Shown: one piece after another, positions 19,197-28,768 of the stretch
How the letters are laid out: each line of letters begins with the position of its first letter
How positions within the stretch are numbered: position 1 is the first letter of the stretch
Origin: Patescibacteria group bacterium
GTDB taxonomy: Bacteria; Patescibacteriota; Dojkabacteria; J137
NCBI GenBank assembly: GCA_963169855.1
Contig: CAUJCN010000002.1
Coordinates: 775,608 to 817,811, forward strand
Length of the DNA stretch: 42,204 nucleotides
Direction of reading: 5' to 3'
Made by a program: the position numbers and the translations under genes
The notes under the pieces: generated by a model
Seen by the model: the letters and a program-made list of their open reading frames with translations, nothing else
Database searches by the model: none
What the model was told of the DNA's origin: nothing

Positions 19197-20428
19197 TGGC
19201 AGAATTCAGATACATAGCATTAACAAGTTCAGGTCAGACTGTAGAAGGTACAAAGTCTGGAGATTCTGAGCAGGAGATAATCGAATATCTAAAGTCGACA
19301 AATCTTAATCCAGTTTTAGTTGAAGAAAAACTTTCCTTCAATATAAATAAAGCATTGAATGTAGAAATCGGTGGAATTTCTCTTAACGAAAAAGTTATTT
19401 TCACCAAACAACTTTCTACTATGATTGGCGCTGGAATTCCAATCGTTCAGGCATTGGATATTCTTGTTCAACAAACAGAAAAACAATCAATTAAAGATAA
19501 GTTTGTGAGGGTTTATAAATCTGTAGAGGCAGGAATGAGTTTGTCTGAAGCATTCAGAAAAGAAACGGGACTGTTGAATGAAATTCAAATTAATCTGATG
19601 TCTGCTGGAGAAAAAAGTGGAAATCTTACAGAAATGATGCAAAAAATTTCGGAAGATTTAGCTAAATCAAAAAATCTAAGAGGAAAAATTACAGGGGCAC
19701 TAATCTACCCTGCAATCATTTTCGTTGTTATGGGTGGAGTTTTGTTTGTAATGATTACATTCATGGTTCCTCAAGTAAAAGAACTGTACTCTTCGTTGGG
19801 TCAGGATGAATTACCATTCATAACTCAAATGCTAGTGAATATTGGAGAAAACTTAGGAAAAGTAGAGACGATTTTAATACTTGCTACGTTAGCTGTGACA
19901 GGGTTTTTGGGTTATAGGTATTACTACTCTACTCCTGGAGGAAGGATCAGAATTGATAGTATTAAATTGAGAATTCCAATTTTCGGAAATCTTACAAGAA
20001 AAGTTGAGGTTGCTGAATTCTGTAGAATAATGTCTATGCTTTTAGCTAGTGGAATTCCGGTTATAGAAGCAATGGAAATTACAGGAAGAGCAATGCAGAA
20101 TGGTGTTTTCCAAAATATTATTTTGAAAGCTAAAGACGAAATTACTGTTGGAAACTCTATGTCTATCAGCATTGCAAAATATAATACTAAAAATGGATTT
20201 CCGCCAATTCTTTTGAGAATGCTTGCTACTGCAGAAGAATCAGGAAAAGTTGGATTCGTTCTTGATGATCTTTCTGCTTTCTATCAAGAAGAAGTTGATC
20301 AGATAGCAGGTAATTTATCAAAACTTGTAGAACCAATAATCCTTGTGATTGTTGGAATTATGGTAGGTTTCCTAGCTGTTGCAATTTATCTTCCAATCTA
20401 TCAAGTTGGTCAAATTGTGGGACAGTAA
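19196..20428 (+). CDS. pilC: Type IV pilus platform protein (PilC/GspF)
   Basis: FTKQLSTMIGAGIPI, GEKSGNL, ALIYPA, LVEPIILV, AIYLPIY. Confidence 0.95.
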   Translation: MAEFRYIALTSSGQTVEGTKSGDSEQEIIEYLKSTNLNPVLVEEKLSFNINKALNVEIGGISLNEKVIFTKQLSTMIGAGIPIVQALDILVQQTEKQSIKDKFVRVYKSVEAGMSLSEAFRKETGLLNEIQINLMSAGEKSGNLTEMMQKISEDLAKSKNLRGKITGALIYPAIIFVVMGGVLFVMITFMVPQVKELYSSLGQDELPFITQMLVNIGENLGKVETILILATLAVTGFLGYRYYYSTPGGRIRIDSIKLRIPIFGNLTRKVEVAEFCRIMSMLLASGIPVIEAMEITGRAMQNGVFQNIILKAKDEITVGNSMSISIAKYNTKNGFPPILLRMLATAEESGKVGFVLDDLSAFYQEEVDQIAGNLSKLVEPIILVIVGIMVGFLAVAIYLPIYQVGQIVGQ

Positions 20429-20533
20429 CATCATTATCCCCCACTCTCTAGAGTCCTTACCTGCTTATTTTCAGAGGAGAAATTCGGATCTTATTGTGTT
20501 GCTAATGACACATCTTAAACCTCCTTCATCCTA

Positions 20534-20562
20534 TTGCACTTTGTTCTCCATACTATTAAACT
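20534..20562 (+). promoter_or_regulatory. sigma70-type promoter upstream of the first pilin
   Basis: TTGCAC-N17-TAAACT in the only large intergenic gap of the pilus cluster. Confidence 0.6.
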
Positions 20563-20596
20563 GAAATAGATATCTTATTTTTTATTTAATCAGTTT

Positions 20597-21055
20597 ATGC
20601 ATAAAAAGAAAAATGCATTTACGCTAATAGAATTGATGGTTGCTATGGGAATCATCGGTGTATTAGTTACTCTTTCTCTTTTGGGAATCACTATTGTTCA
20701 AAGATCACTTAGAGATACTCAAAGAAGAGATAGTGTTAACGCTGTTAGACTAGCTGTCGAAGGTCATTACACAAACAACTCAGTTTACCCAGACATTGAA
20801 ATCCAAGTTGGAGGAAATGCTATGTTAGTAGGCAATGAGGAAGTTGAGCTTAATGGACCTGGGAAAGCTTGTCCATCAGGAACATCCGTAGCAGATGCAC
20901 AGAGCGACTCAAGTTGTTCTATCTATTGTTACGACACAGACGGTAATACTTACTCGTTAGGAGTTATGGTAGAAGGAGGTACAATTACTCAAGTAGGAAA
21001 CTCTGGAGATGATTGTAGCTTAACTACACCTAATGATAGAGTTCCATACGAATAA
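20597..21055 (+). CDS. Type IV pilin, candidate major pilin
   Basis: KKKNA|FTLIELMVAMGII class III signal; four Cys in the C-terminal half; has its own promoter. Confidence 0.9.
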   Translation: MHKKKNAFTLIELMVAMGIIGVLVTLSLLGITIVQRSLRDTQRRDSVNAVRLAVEGHYTNNSVYPDIEIQVGGNAMLVGNEEVELNGPGKACPSGTSVADAQSDSSCSIYCYDTDGNTYSLGVMVEGGTITQVGNSGDDCSLTTPNDRVPYE

Positions 21056-21056
21056 G

Positions 21057-21536
21057 ATGAAAAAAGGTTTCACCTTAATTGAAATCTTAATATTCATGGG
21101 AATAGCAGCAGTTTTACTGCTGCTATCTTTCCAGGGAATTCAAATTCTACAAAGAAATAGTAGAGATACCGAAAGAAAAAATCTTGGAGGTGAGATCGAT
21201 ACTATGTTAAATAAATATAAAAGAGATAATCTAAGATTCCCAGCAAATACGAATGTAAGTTTTCAGCAAAACCGGTTCACAATAACAGGTCTTTCTGAAA
21301 GTTTAGAATTGGATGGATTTTTAGGTTCAAGTGAACTGTCCAATTCAGGAAGTACACATTACCTTTACAACTATATTAGTTCTTCGGAATATCAGCTCTG
21401 CGTTCAATTAGAAAGCGGATCATATGAAGAGTATGGAACGATTCCTTGTCCTACTCCTCCTCAACAACTAACAGGAGAATCGGTTAAAGATTTAGAGACC
21501 GGAACCGGAGGCAGAGGTCCAGTATCTCCAGTTTAA
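21057..21536 (+). CDS. Type IV pilin
   Basis: MKKG|FTLIEILIFMG; CVQLE...C D-region. Start placed at 21057; the track gives 21033. Confidence 0.9.
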   Translation: MKKGFTLIEILIFMGIAAVLLLLSFQGIQILQRNSRDTERKNLGGEIDTMLNKYKRDNLRFPANTNVSFQQNRFTITGLSESLELDGFLGSSELSNSGSTHYLYNYISSSEYQLCVQLESGSYEEYGTIPCPTPPQQLTGESVKDLETGTGGRGPVSPV

Positions 21537-21546
21537 AAATAATTAT

Positions 21547-22275
21547 ATGACAGCATTAGTAATTTCGATAATTGGAGGTTTTATAACATTGATATTCTCC
21601 TCTATTCTTTCGTCTTTTATAAACGAAGAAAAGTTCTCTTTTAAAACAACGATGAATTTGAAAGAAGTACTTGGAGGATTCGTTTTCTTTTTATCTGGAG
21701 CAATTTTCGTTGGCCATTTATTCAGTTTGAATCTAGGAGGTGCTTTGTGGATGTATTTAGCAATTTTCGCTAGCGTCTTTGTTGGGCTTATCTATCTAAC
21801 AATTTGGGATCTTCACACACTTTCCATTCCAGAAAGATTTACGAATTTATTTTTGCTTTTTGTAGTTCTTATCAATTTTGTAATTGGTCTAGCTAATTAT
21901 ATGGAGTTTAATTCAGTTGGTGAATTAAGTTTAGGAAGTCTATACATTGGAACTGTTGGAAATATCTTCGCAGGTCTTGGATTAGCAGCGTTAATTTACC
22001 TTTTACACAAATTTACAAAAGGCAAAGGAATTGGAGATGGAGATATCTATATTTATGGATTAATCGGTTTTATTTTTGGAATTCCTTTGTCTTTAGGATT
22101 TATTATCATTTCTTCTCTTGTTGGAGGATTAATCGCAGCTGTTTTAATTTTAGCTTATTGGAAAGATAGACAGAAAATTCTTAAAACTAGAATTCCTCTG
22201 ATGCCAATAATCTTGATTGCATTTGTATTTACTCTACTCGTTCAAAATCAGCTTTATTCAATTTTTACTATATGA
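21547..22275 (+). CDS. pilD: Prepilin peptidase (A24 family)
   Basis: Multi-TM protein with both catalytic Asp motifs (IWDLH, GIGDGDI) and C-terminal RIPLMP; lies within the pilin cluster. Confidence 0.85.
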   Translation: MTALVISIIGGFITLIFSSILSSFINEEKFSFKTTMNLKEVLGGFVFFLSGAIFVGHLFSLNLGGALWMYLAIFASVFVGLIYLTIWDLHTLSIPERFTNLFLLFVVLINFVIGLANYMEFNSVGELSLGSLYIGTVGNIFAGLGLAALIYLLHKFTKGKGIGDGDIYIYGLIGFIFGIPLSLGFIIISSLVGGLIAAVLILAYWKDRQKILKTRIPLMPIILIAFVFTLLVQNQLYSIFTI

Positions 22276-22784
22276 AAGCATTCACTTTGATAGAACTGAT
22301 GGTTGTTTTTGGAATTATTGCTTTAACTTTAGGCCTAAGTATTTTTGGTTTGACTAGATTTAGAGCAAGCGTAGAACTTAATACTGCTTATACAAATGTA
22401 ATTTCTTTAATTAATAATACTCGGAACAAAGCTACAAATGCTTTCGGTGGAAGTTCTGGGGGTTCTTTACAAATTCGAGACTTGTTTGGCGTAGATTTTC
22501 AATCTCAGCAAGTGAATTCAATAGTGTGTACAGCAAATACAGATGCGACAGTATATAGTTGTCAAAACACGGCTGATAGTCCTATTTCGCTTAACAACAT
22601 GACAATTAACGTTGTTGGTTGCGATACACGGTTCGGATTTAAGAGACTTACTCAAGATTTGATTAGTCTAACAAATGTAAACACTGTTGTTGCTTCTGGA
22701 ATTTGTAGTGTAGAGATTAGACATTCATTTACAAATGAAGTCAAAACTATTACCATAAATTTAGTCGAAAACTCTTATAAATAA
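22272..22784 (+). CDS. Minor pilin
   Basis: MKA|FTLIELMVVFGII. Confidence 0.88.
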   Translation: MKAFTLIELMVVFGIIALTLGLSIFGLTRFRASVELNTAYTNVISLINNTRNKATNAFGGSSGGSLQIRDLFGVDFQSQQVNSIVCTANTDATVYSCQNTADSPISLNNMTINVVGCDTRFGFKRLTQDLISLTNVNTVVASGICSVEIRHSFTNEVKTITINLVENSYK

Positions 22785-23485
22785 TGAGAAAAGTAATTAT
22801 GAAAAATGCATCAGGTTTAGTAGAAGTTCTTATTGTTATGGCAATAATTGGAACTACTCTAGTTTCCTCTATGTTATTAGTTTCGAGAGGGTTTATCGAA
22901 GTAAAAAATAATCAGACTGAAGACTCTATTAACGGTATTATTGTGCAAGTTCTAGATAGAATCAAAAACTCCACTGCTCTTGAAATTATTAACTCAGAAT
23001 TTAATACACTAACGTCAACAGGGACTAGAAATTTTTACTTGAATGGACAAAATATCCTCACTTTGGACAACTTTGAATCACCTTCGGCAGATATAACTAC
23101 TTGTACTCCTACTAGTCAGTACAATGTAATAGCAAAAGAAATTGCAAGTAGTAGTTTGGTAAATAGTTTGTGTATTCAAATAAAACTTAGAAAACAAACA
23201 ACTGCAGTTAATGATAGGTTCGTAGGAACTGTCGTTTACGCATATACTTTGAATCAAGAAAATATAGTTTCCAAACTAGATTTCGTTAAATATAACACTT
23301 TCACAGTTACTGGTGTTCCTGGTGGAGCAACCTCTACAGGAGGCTCTGCAACAGGCGGTTCAGCTACAGGGGGAACGTTAACAGGAGGGTCTGCAACGCA
23401 AGGGACACCAATTACAGGAGGTACATTTACTGGTGGAAGCACCAATGATAATAATTCTTCTACAACAGGAGTAGAATTGTTCTAA
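22784..23485 (+). CDS. Minor pilin-like protein with Gly/Thr/Ser repeat tail
   Basis: KNA|SGLVEVLIVMAII (Glu at +5); C-terminal TGGSA-type repeats. Confidence 0.8.
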   Translation: MRKVIMKNASGLVEVLIVMAIIGTTLVSSMLLVSRGFIEVKNNQTEDSINGIIVQVLDRIKNSTALEIINSEFNTLTSTGTRNFYLNGQNILTLDNFESPSADITTCTPTSQYNVIAKEIASSSLVNSLCIQIKLRKQTTAVNDRFVGTVVYAYTLNQENIVSKLDFVKYNTFTVTGVPGGATSTGGSATGGSATGGTLTGGSATQGTPITGGTFTGGSTNDNNSSTTGVELF

Positions 23486-23487
23486 AT

Positions 23488-23964
23488 ATGAAAAAACTCA
23501 AAGGATATTCGTTAGTAGAAGTTGTAGTAACCCTGGGAATAATAGGGATTCTTATTATTATGCTTTTTAATGTGATTCTATTAGCACTAAGATCAAATAC
23601 AAAAATAGCAGGTAGAAGTTTCATTAGAGAGCAAATGTCTGCAGTACTAACGCAGTTATCCAGAGAAGTCAGGAATTCAACAACCCTTCTTGATTGTTTT
23701 GAAGGAAGTTGCGAAATGACCTTAACTGGCAAGACTATTAGATGGGAGGCTTGTGCTTCTAGCATTTGTAGATTAGAAAATGGGGTGCTAACACTTCAGA
23801 CCTCTGATACAATGCAAGTAGAGGAATTTTCTTTTGATTCTTATACAGGATCAAATAATAACGATGTGGTTCTTGTAACAATTATTGCAGGACATTCTAA
23901 TCAGGCTTTAGAAATTCAGAATTTAGTCACTCAGATATCAGCTTCAACCAGAAATTATGAATAA
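23488..23964 (+). CDS. Minor pilin (PilW/GspJ-like)
   Basis: KLKG|YSLVEVVVTLGIIGIL. Confidence 0.85.
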   Translation: MKKLKGYSLVEVVVTLGIIGILIIMLFNVILLALRSNTKIAGRSFIREQMSAVLTQLSREVRNSTTLLDCFEGSCEMTLTGKTIRWEACASSICRLENGVLTLQTSDTMQVEEFSFDSYTGSNNNDVVLVTIIAGHSNQALEIQNLVTQISASTRNYE

Positions 23965-24877
23965 GAATACTTTGAAAGGACAAATATTAGTAATTACTCT
24001 ACTTACTCTAACTATCATTGGAGTTCTGGTTGTTACCATAGTATTAGTTACTCGAAGGGACTTTACACAAAGTGCTAATAGCGAAAAATACGAAAGACTT
24101 TATAATACTGCTGATAATAATCTTCAAAATTTATTAGCAGACTACTCTGTTCCGACAGCAAACCTTACAACACTACCAACTGGAACTTGTCAGACTTTGG
24201 TTTCAGGAAATTATTATAGATGTACTTACACAGCCCAAGAAGCTGCTTCCACATATACCTCTACTACAACTGTATTTGTAGAAAATAAAAAGAATATTGA
24301 AGACTATGTTCTAAAAAAAGATAACGCATTAATTCTTGATATCAATGCCTATTTAGGCGGATTTAATATTCAGTGGGATAAAGAAAATGTTGCCATGGAT
24401 GTAACTATTATTTTCTCTAACAACCAGTCTTTTGGAAGATTGAATATGACTAGAGATATTTATGATAGAAATTCTACAAAAGTAATTGATTCGCAGATTA
24501 TCCCTGGGTTTACTAACCTATTTCCTTTCGTACAAAGTACATCCACTCCATCTAGAGCATTCTTTCTTGACGTATCTGATACGTTTTTAGCACCATCAGC
24601 AATCCCTGGGTTCATCAACGCAAATGCTTACACACCTTTGTATATGGTTATAATCCCAAGATCAAAAAATATTAATGAAGAAGTAACTATCAACGTTACA
24701 CCAGATAATCCTTCTTCTTTGAGAAACCAAGTAAGAGAGTTCAGATCACTTAGCGAAGACTTGCAAGATCCTAATGGACCAAAGGCAAGCTTAATTGCAA
24801 GAGTACCTTTATTACCAGAGATTCCTGCTGCTCTATTGAATGGTATTACAGCAGGTGGTAACCTAGTTTTACAGTAA
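23957..24877 (+). CDS. Large minor pilin (PilX/GspK-like)
   Basis: LKG|QILVITLLTLTII lacks Glu5, as is typical of PilX/GspK; last of the minor pilins. Confidence 0.75.
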   Translation: MNKNTLKGQILVITLLTLTIIGVLVVTIVLVTRRDFTQSANSEKYERLYNTADNNLQNLLADYSVPTANLTTLPTGTCQTLVSGNYYRCTYTAQEAASTYTSTTTVFVENKKNIEDYVLKKDNALILDINAYLGGFNIQWDKENVAMDVTIIFSNNQSFGRLNMTRDIYDRNSTKVIDSQIIPGFTNLFPFVQSTSTPSRAFFLDVSDTFLAPSAIPGFINANAYTPLYMVIIPRSKNINEEVTINVTPDNPSSLRNQVREFRSLSEDLQDPNGPKASLIARVPLLPEIPAALLNGITAGGNLVLQ

Positions 24878-24887
24878 TATAAATTTT

Positions 24888-25928
24888 ATGGCAAACCTAC
24901 CAGACTTCATCGGAATTAATATTGGAAATTATAGTATCAAGGCAATCGAAGTTAGGCCTATAGGAGATACATTCGAATTGCTAAACTTAGCACAGGTTCC
25001 TTCTGCAAACGGAACAATAGAAAACATTAGCGTAGGAAATTTAGATATGCCAACAAATGATCTTCAAAAGTTACTTAAGGATAACAACTTCAAAACTAGA
25101 AATGCAGTATTTTCTGTTCCAGAATCCTTAGTTTTTTCTAGATTAGTTAATTTACCTAAAGTTAAGGACGAAGAAGTGGACGAGGCGATTAACTTTGCAA
25201 TGAAAAACTTGATCCCAGTTCCGTTAGAGAATCTGAACATTGCCTACTCCTTCATCGAAGAAAGAAAAACCGACACCAATATTTTTCAAAGCTGGTATGT
25301 TGTTGGAATCCAAAAAACTTTGTCCGATAGATTTAAAGACCTTGCTGGCAGAGTTGGTCTTAATCTTCTTGCTATAGAAACTGAGGCCTTGGCCTTAATC
25401 CGCAATATCGATTTCAACTATTCGGACACTGGAAAAAGAAGCTTCATGATTCTTGATTTTGGGGGAGAATATTCAAATTTAGTAATCTCAAGAAATGGCT
25501 CTGTCCTCTACTCTCAAAATATCTCGACGGGTTCTAATGCCCTTACGAAGATAATTGCAACTGACCTAGCCTTGGATATAAGTAAGGCAGAAGAATATAA
25601 GGAGAAAGCAGGCTTGGATGCAAATATGGGCGGAGGCAGAATCGCTAAAACAATAGAGCCGATAATACAAATCATCGTGTCCGAAATATCCAGAACCCTG
25701 GCTTACTATAATGACCGAATTGGTGGTGAGCCCGTGTCCGAATTGTATGTTACAGGAGGCGGCGGCGCTTTACCAAAACTTATTGAATACCTTACAGATA
25801 AAACTGGATTAAAAGTTACCTTGGTAGATAACTTTAGAAAAGTAAAATTGAAAGGAGATTTAAAAATAAATCAGTTAAGCTTCAACGTTGCTACAGGTTT
25901 AGCACTTAAGAGTTTAGAATTAATGTAA
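24888..25928 (+). CDS. pilM: Type IV pilus alignment protein PilM (actin/FtsA-like)
   Basis: IGINIGNYSIKAIE, ILDFGGEYS, YVTGGGG, NVATGLAL. Confidence 0.92.
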   Translation: MANLPDFIGINIGNYSIKAIEVRPIGDTFELLNLAQVPSANGTIENISVGNLDMPTNDLQKLLKDNNFKTRNAVFSVPESLVFSRLVNLPKVKDEEVDEAINFAMKNLIPVPLENLNIAYSFIEERKTDTNIFQSWYVVGIQKTLSDRFKDLAGRVGLNLLAIETEALALIRNIDFNYSDTGKRSFMILDFGGEYSNLVISRNGSVLYSQNISTGSNALTKIIATDLALDISKAEEYKEKAGLDANMGGGRIAKTIEPIIQIIVSEISRTLAYYNDRIGGEPVSELYVTGGGGALPKLIEYLTDKTGLKVTLVDNFRKVKLKGDLKINQLSFNVATGLALKSLELM

Positions 25929-26497
25929 TGGCAAAAAATCAACTTTTTAAATTCAATTTAGTTACTCCCATAACTAAAGAAGAGGTTCAGGTTTTAGAAG
26001 AAAGAGATAATACAACAGTAAATTCTTTTATTCTAATCTTTGGTGGAGTATTCGTTTTCTTTATTATGACACTACTCAGCGTTGTTTTTGTGGAACCGGC
26101 TATTTCGAATTCACAAAGATCTTTAGAAAATAAACAGGTTGCTCTCAACCAGTTCAACGAGATTAAGGTACTAAACGGAGAGTTTGTAGTTAAGGCACGA
26201 GCTCTTAGTCCTTTATTGGATCTTGATATTAAACCTAATAAATTAGTAGATATTGTAGACAATCTAGTAACTACTCTTCAATCTAGGGTAGATATTGAAA
26301 GCTTTGGTAGAGACAGAGATGGAACTTTCAATATTCAAGCACTGGTTCCAGATCTAGATAGCTTAAATTTAATAAAAGGATTCTTTGATGAAAATGAAGA
26401 TTCTGTAAGTGATCTCTTCATAAATGAAATTAATAATGGTTCTACAGGAATTCAGGTATCTATAGTATTTAATATTTTGGTAAATGAAGCAGAATAG
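25928..26497 (+). CDS. pilN: PilN-like protein
   Basis: FNLVTP N-terminal motif, a single TM and position after pilM. Confidence 0.65.
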   Translation: MAKNQLFKFNLVTPITKEEVQVLEERDNTTVNSFILIFGGVFVFFIMTLLSVVFVEPAISNSQRSLENKQVALNQFNEIKVLNGEFVVKARALSPLLDLDIKPNKLVDIVDNLVTTLQSRVDIESFGRDRDGTFNIQALVPDLDSLNLIKGFFDENEDSVSDLFINEINNGSTGIQVSIVFNILVNEAE

Positions 26498-27128
26498 ATC
26501 TAAATTTTTAAAGATTTACATCTTCCCAATAGCAACATTGGTTGTTTTTGTAGGCATTATTATTTTTTTGGTGATTCCTAGAATATCTTCTATCTTCGAA
26601 GGAATGGAACTGGTTAATCAGAACAATATCTCGATAAAAAACATAGAACAAGAGGTGTCTGACCTGTCCACTTTGCAGAATAATCCAAACTTGAGATCAG
26701 ATTTAGACCTACTGAACAACATTGCATCGAATGGTGCTACTAGAGTTGTCGAGTTCAGGGACAAGATCGCTGGCATGTTGTCCAGCTTCAGTTTAGCAAT
26801 AAATGCTCAAAGAATTAGCGAATCATCCTTCATCAATGCGGATATTAGAGACAGTATTATTCTTATCGAAATCCCCTTTGAGTTTACGGTGGGCGGAAGT
26901 TTAGAAAATATTAAAGCTTTTATCACTTCGCTAAGTACTTTGGATGATTTTGCAATTGTGAAAGAACTTGGAATTTCTAAAGGTGAGAATGAAGCTTGGG
27001 TTATGAATATTATTTTGGTGAAATACCAATTTGCGGCAAATCCTAACGACGACGATTTGTACTCTTCTATTGATCCAACAAGTAGAATTCCTCAAAATAT
27101 TAGGGACTTTTTGGATCTAAAAAAGTAG
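26484..27128 (+). CDS. pilO: PilO-like protein
   Basis: N-terminal TM, coiled coil, IPFEFTVGGSLENIKAFITSL; position after pilN. Confidence 0.75.
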   Translation: MKQNRSKFLKIYIFPIATLVVFVGIIIFLVIPRISSIFEGMELVNQNNISIKNIEQEVSDLSTLQNNPNLRSDLDLLNNIASNGATRVVEFRDKIAGMLSSFSLAINAQRISESSFINADIRDSIILIEIPFEFTVGGSLENIKAFITSLSTLDDFAIVKELGISKGENEAWVMNIILVKYQFAANPNDDDLYSSIDPTSRIPQNIRDFLDLKK

Positions 27129-27172
27129 GTATCATTGTTCCACCTTTGAATTTGAAAAGCCTTAAAACGCAT

Positions 27173-27198
27173 TAAAAAGAGCCCAATTTCTTGAGCTC
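27173..27198 (-). terminator. Intrinsic terminator after rpsP
   Basis: GAGCTCAA-GAAA-TTGGGCTC followed by TTTTT. Confidence 0.7.
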
Positions 27199-27226
27199 CT
27201 TCTATTTTTATAGGACTTTAGTAAGA

Positions 27227-27550
27227 TTATTCAGCCTTTGCTTCTGCAGCAGCATCCTTTCTGTCCTGACTCTGTTTTCCAGGTTTCTTAGAGAATACCT
27301 TCTTTTTCTCGTCGGCCTTTACTATTCCTTTTTTTATCAACATATTTCTTACAGCATCGCTTGGTTGAGCACCAACTGATAACCAGTAATTAATTCTATC
27401 TTCTTTTAGAACGATTTCTTTGTTGATAGGTGAATAATGACCTACAATCTCGATAGCTTTAGAATCTCTCTTTTCTCTTAAAGGAGTTACTACTAATCTG
27501 AAAAAAGGTGTATTTCTTTTTCCTAATCTGGTCAATCTAATCTTTACCAT
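27227..27550 (-). CDS. rpsP: 30S ribosomal protein S16
   Basis: MVKIRLTRLGKRNTPFFRLVV...YWLSVGAQPS. Confidence 0.98.
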   Translation of the reverse strand: MVKIRLTRLGKRNTPFFRLVVTPLREKRDSKAIEIVGHYSPINKEIVLKEDRINYWLSVGAQPSDAVRNMLIKKGIVKADEKKKVFSKKPGKQSQDRKDAAAEAKAE

Positions 27551-27581
27551 ATTCGTTTATATAAATTAATTTAGCTTGTGA

Positions 27582-27590
27582 ATTTTATCA
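27582..27590 (-). promoter_or_regulatory. Extended -10 promoter for rpsP
   Basis: TGA-TAAAAT about 30 nt upstream of the ATG. Confidence 0.5.
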
Positions 27591-27609
27591 TAATATTGAG
27601 CCTTTGTCG

Positions 27610-28302
27610 CTATTTTGAAGGTTTCTTCCACTTTTTTAAGGCCTCCTTTGCAGCGTTCTGCTCAGCTTCTTGCTTACTTTTGCCTGATCCAGTTGCGATA
27701 ACTTTATCTCCTAGACTTACAGACATCTCAAATACTTTATCGTGGTCTGGTCCGTATGCTCTAACTAGGTCGTAAGTAGGTGTAACTTTGTTTTCTTCTT
27801 GAGAAATTTCTTGTAGTCGCGTCTTTGAATCGACTTCTTTTTTATTATTGATAATATCATCTAGTTTATAAAGGATATTTTCAGTAATGAATACCTTTGC
27901 AGCGTCGTAACCAAGAGACAAATAAACTGCCCCAATTATGGACTCTACAGTATTAGCCAAAATATATAATCTTGTTCTCCCACCGCTCATATCTTCTCCT
28001 TTGCTCATCAGGATGAACTTTCCGAGGTTTAGACGTTTTGCTTCTTCGGCCAAAGATTCTGTTTTTACCAGCGCTGACCTGTAACTTGTCAGGACACCTT
28101 CCTGCAGTGATGGATATTTGACAAACAAGTATTCTGTAGCTACTAATTCTAATACTGCATCTCCTAAAAACTCATATCTTTCGTTGTGCTCTACCTGCTC
28201 TTTCGCTTCGTTATGATAAGATCTGTGAGTCATCGCTATTTTAAGATGTTTGTCTTCAATATTCTGCTTAATAATTTTTCTTAATTCGTCAAAACTACTC
28301 AT
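27610..28302 (-). CDS. rnc: Ribonuclease III
   Basis: HNERYEFLGDAVLEL signature and C-terminal dsRBD (KTRLQE, GPDH, SKQEAEQNAA). Start placed at ATG 28302, overlapping the nusB stop. Confidence 0.97.
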   Translation of the reverse strand: MSSFDELRKIIKQNIEDKHLKIAMTHRSYHNEAKEQVEHNERYEFLGDAVLELVATEYLFVKYPSLQEGVLTSYRSALVKTESLAEEAKRLNLGKFILMSKGEDMSGGRTRLYILANTVESIIGAVYLSLGYDAAKVFITENILYKLDDIINNKKEVDSKTRLQEISQEENKVTPTYDLVRAYGPDHDKVFEMSVSLGDKVIATGSGKSKQEAEQNAAKEALKKWKKPSK

Positions 28303-28768
28303 TTTCTGCTGAATTTTGTTGCTTAAGTAAGGATTTTGTAGCTTCATCTTTAGCAATTGCACCCAGAACCCCATTTATAAAGTTAGCACCCTCTTCAGAT
28401 CCCAGCTCTTTTTTAAGTTCCAAGGCTTCGTTAATTACGATTGCTACAGGTGTTAATTCACCAATGAAAGCTTCGAAAATTGATAATCTTAAGATAATTA
28501 GGTTAAGGATATTCATTTCGTTCAATCCCCATGCAGGAGCAAGAGATTCAATTACTTGGTCAATTTTCTCTTGGTGAGCAATTACTCCTTCTGTAAGTTG
28601 TTCATACAGTCTAGTATCGTACTTTTGCTCCTCCAGGATATCCATTACAGAATTAGGCTCATAAGGGCTTAATTCCACATCAGAATCTAGTGATTTGTAG
28701 TGTGTGTAGAGATAAGAAACTGACAATATTCTGGATAAATGTTTGTCCAGGTTCTTGCTATTAGTCAT
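28295..28768 (-). CDS. nusB: Transcription antitermination factor NusB
   Basis: IDQVIESLAPAW, ILRLSIFE, VINEALELKK, FINGVLG; conserved rpmF-nusB-rnc order. Confidence 0.92.
   Translation of the reverse strand: MTNSKNLDKHLSRILSVSYLYTHYKSLDSDVELSPYEPNSVMDILEEQKYDTRLYEQLTEGVIAHQEKIDQVIESLAPAWGLNEMNILNLIILRLSIFEAFIGELTPVAIVINEALELKKELGSEEGANFINGVLGAIAKDEATKSLLKQQNSAENE

Noticed and set aside
15618-27775. Minor ORFs 15618, 15974, 17398, 19924, 20379, 23254, 23460, 25987, 27191, 27578
   Set aside because: Antisense or out-of-frame overlaps with holB, pil genes, rpsP or rnc.
28303-28374. N-terminal extension of rnc given by the ORF track
   Set aside because: It would overlap nusB by about 80 bp; ATG 28302 gives the usual coupled start and a normal RNase III length.
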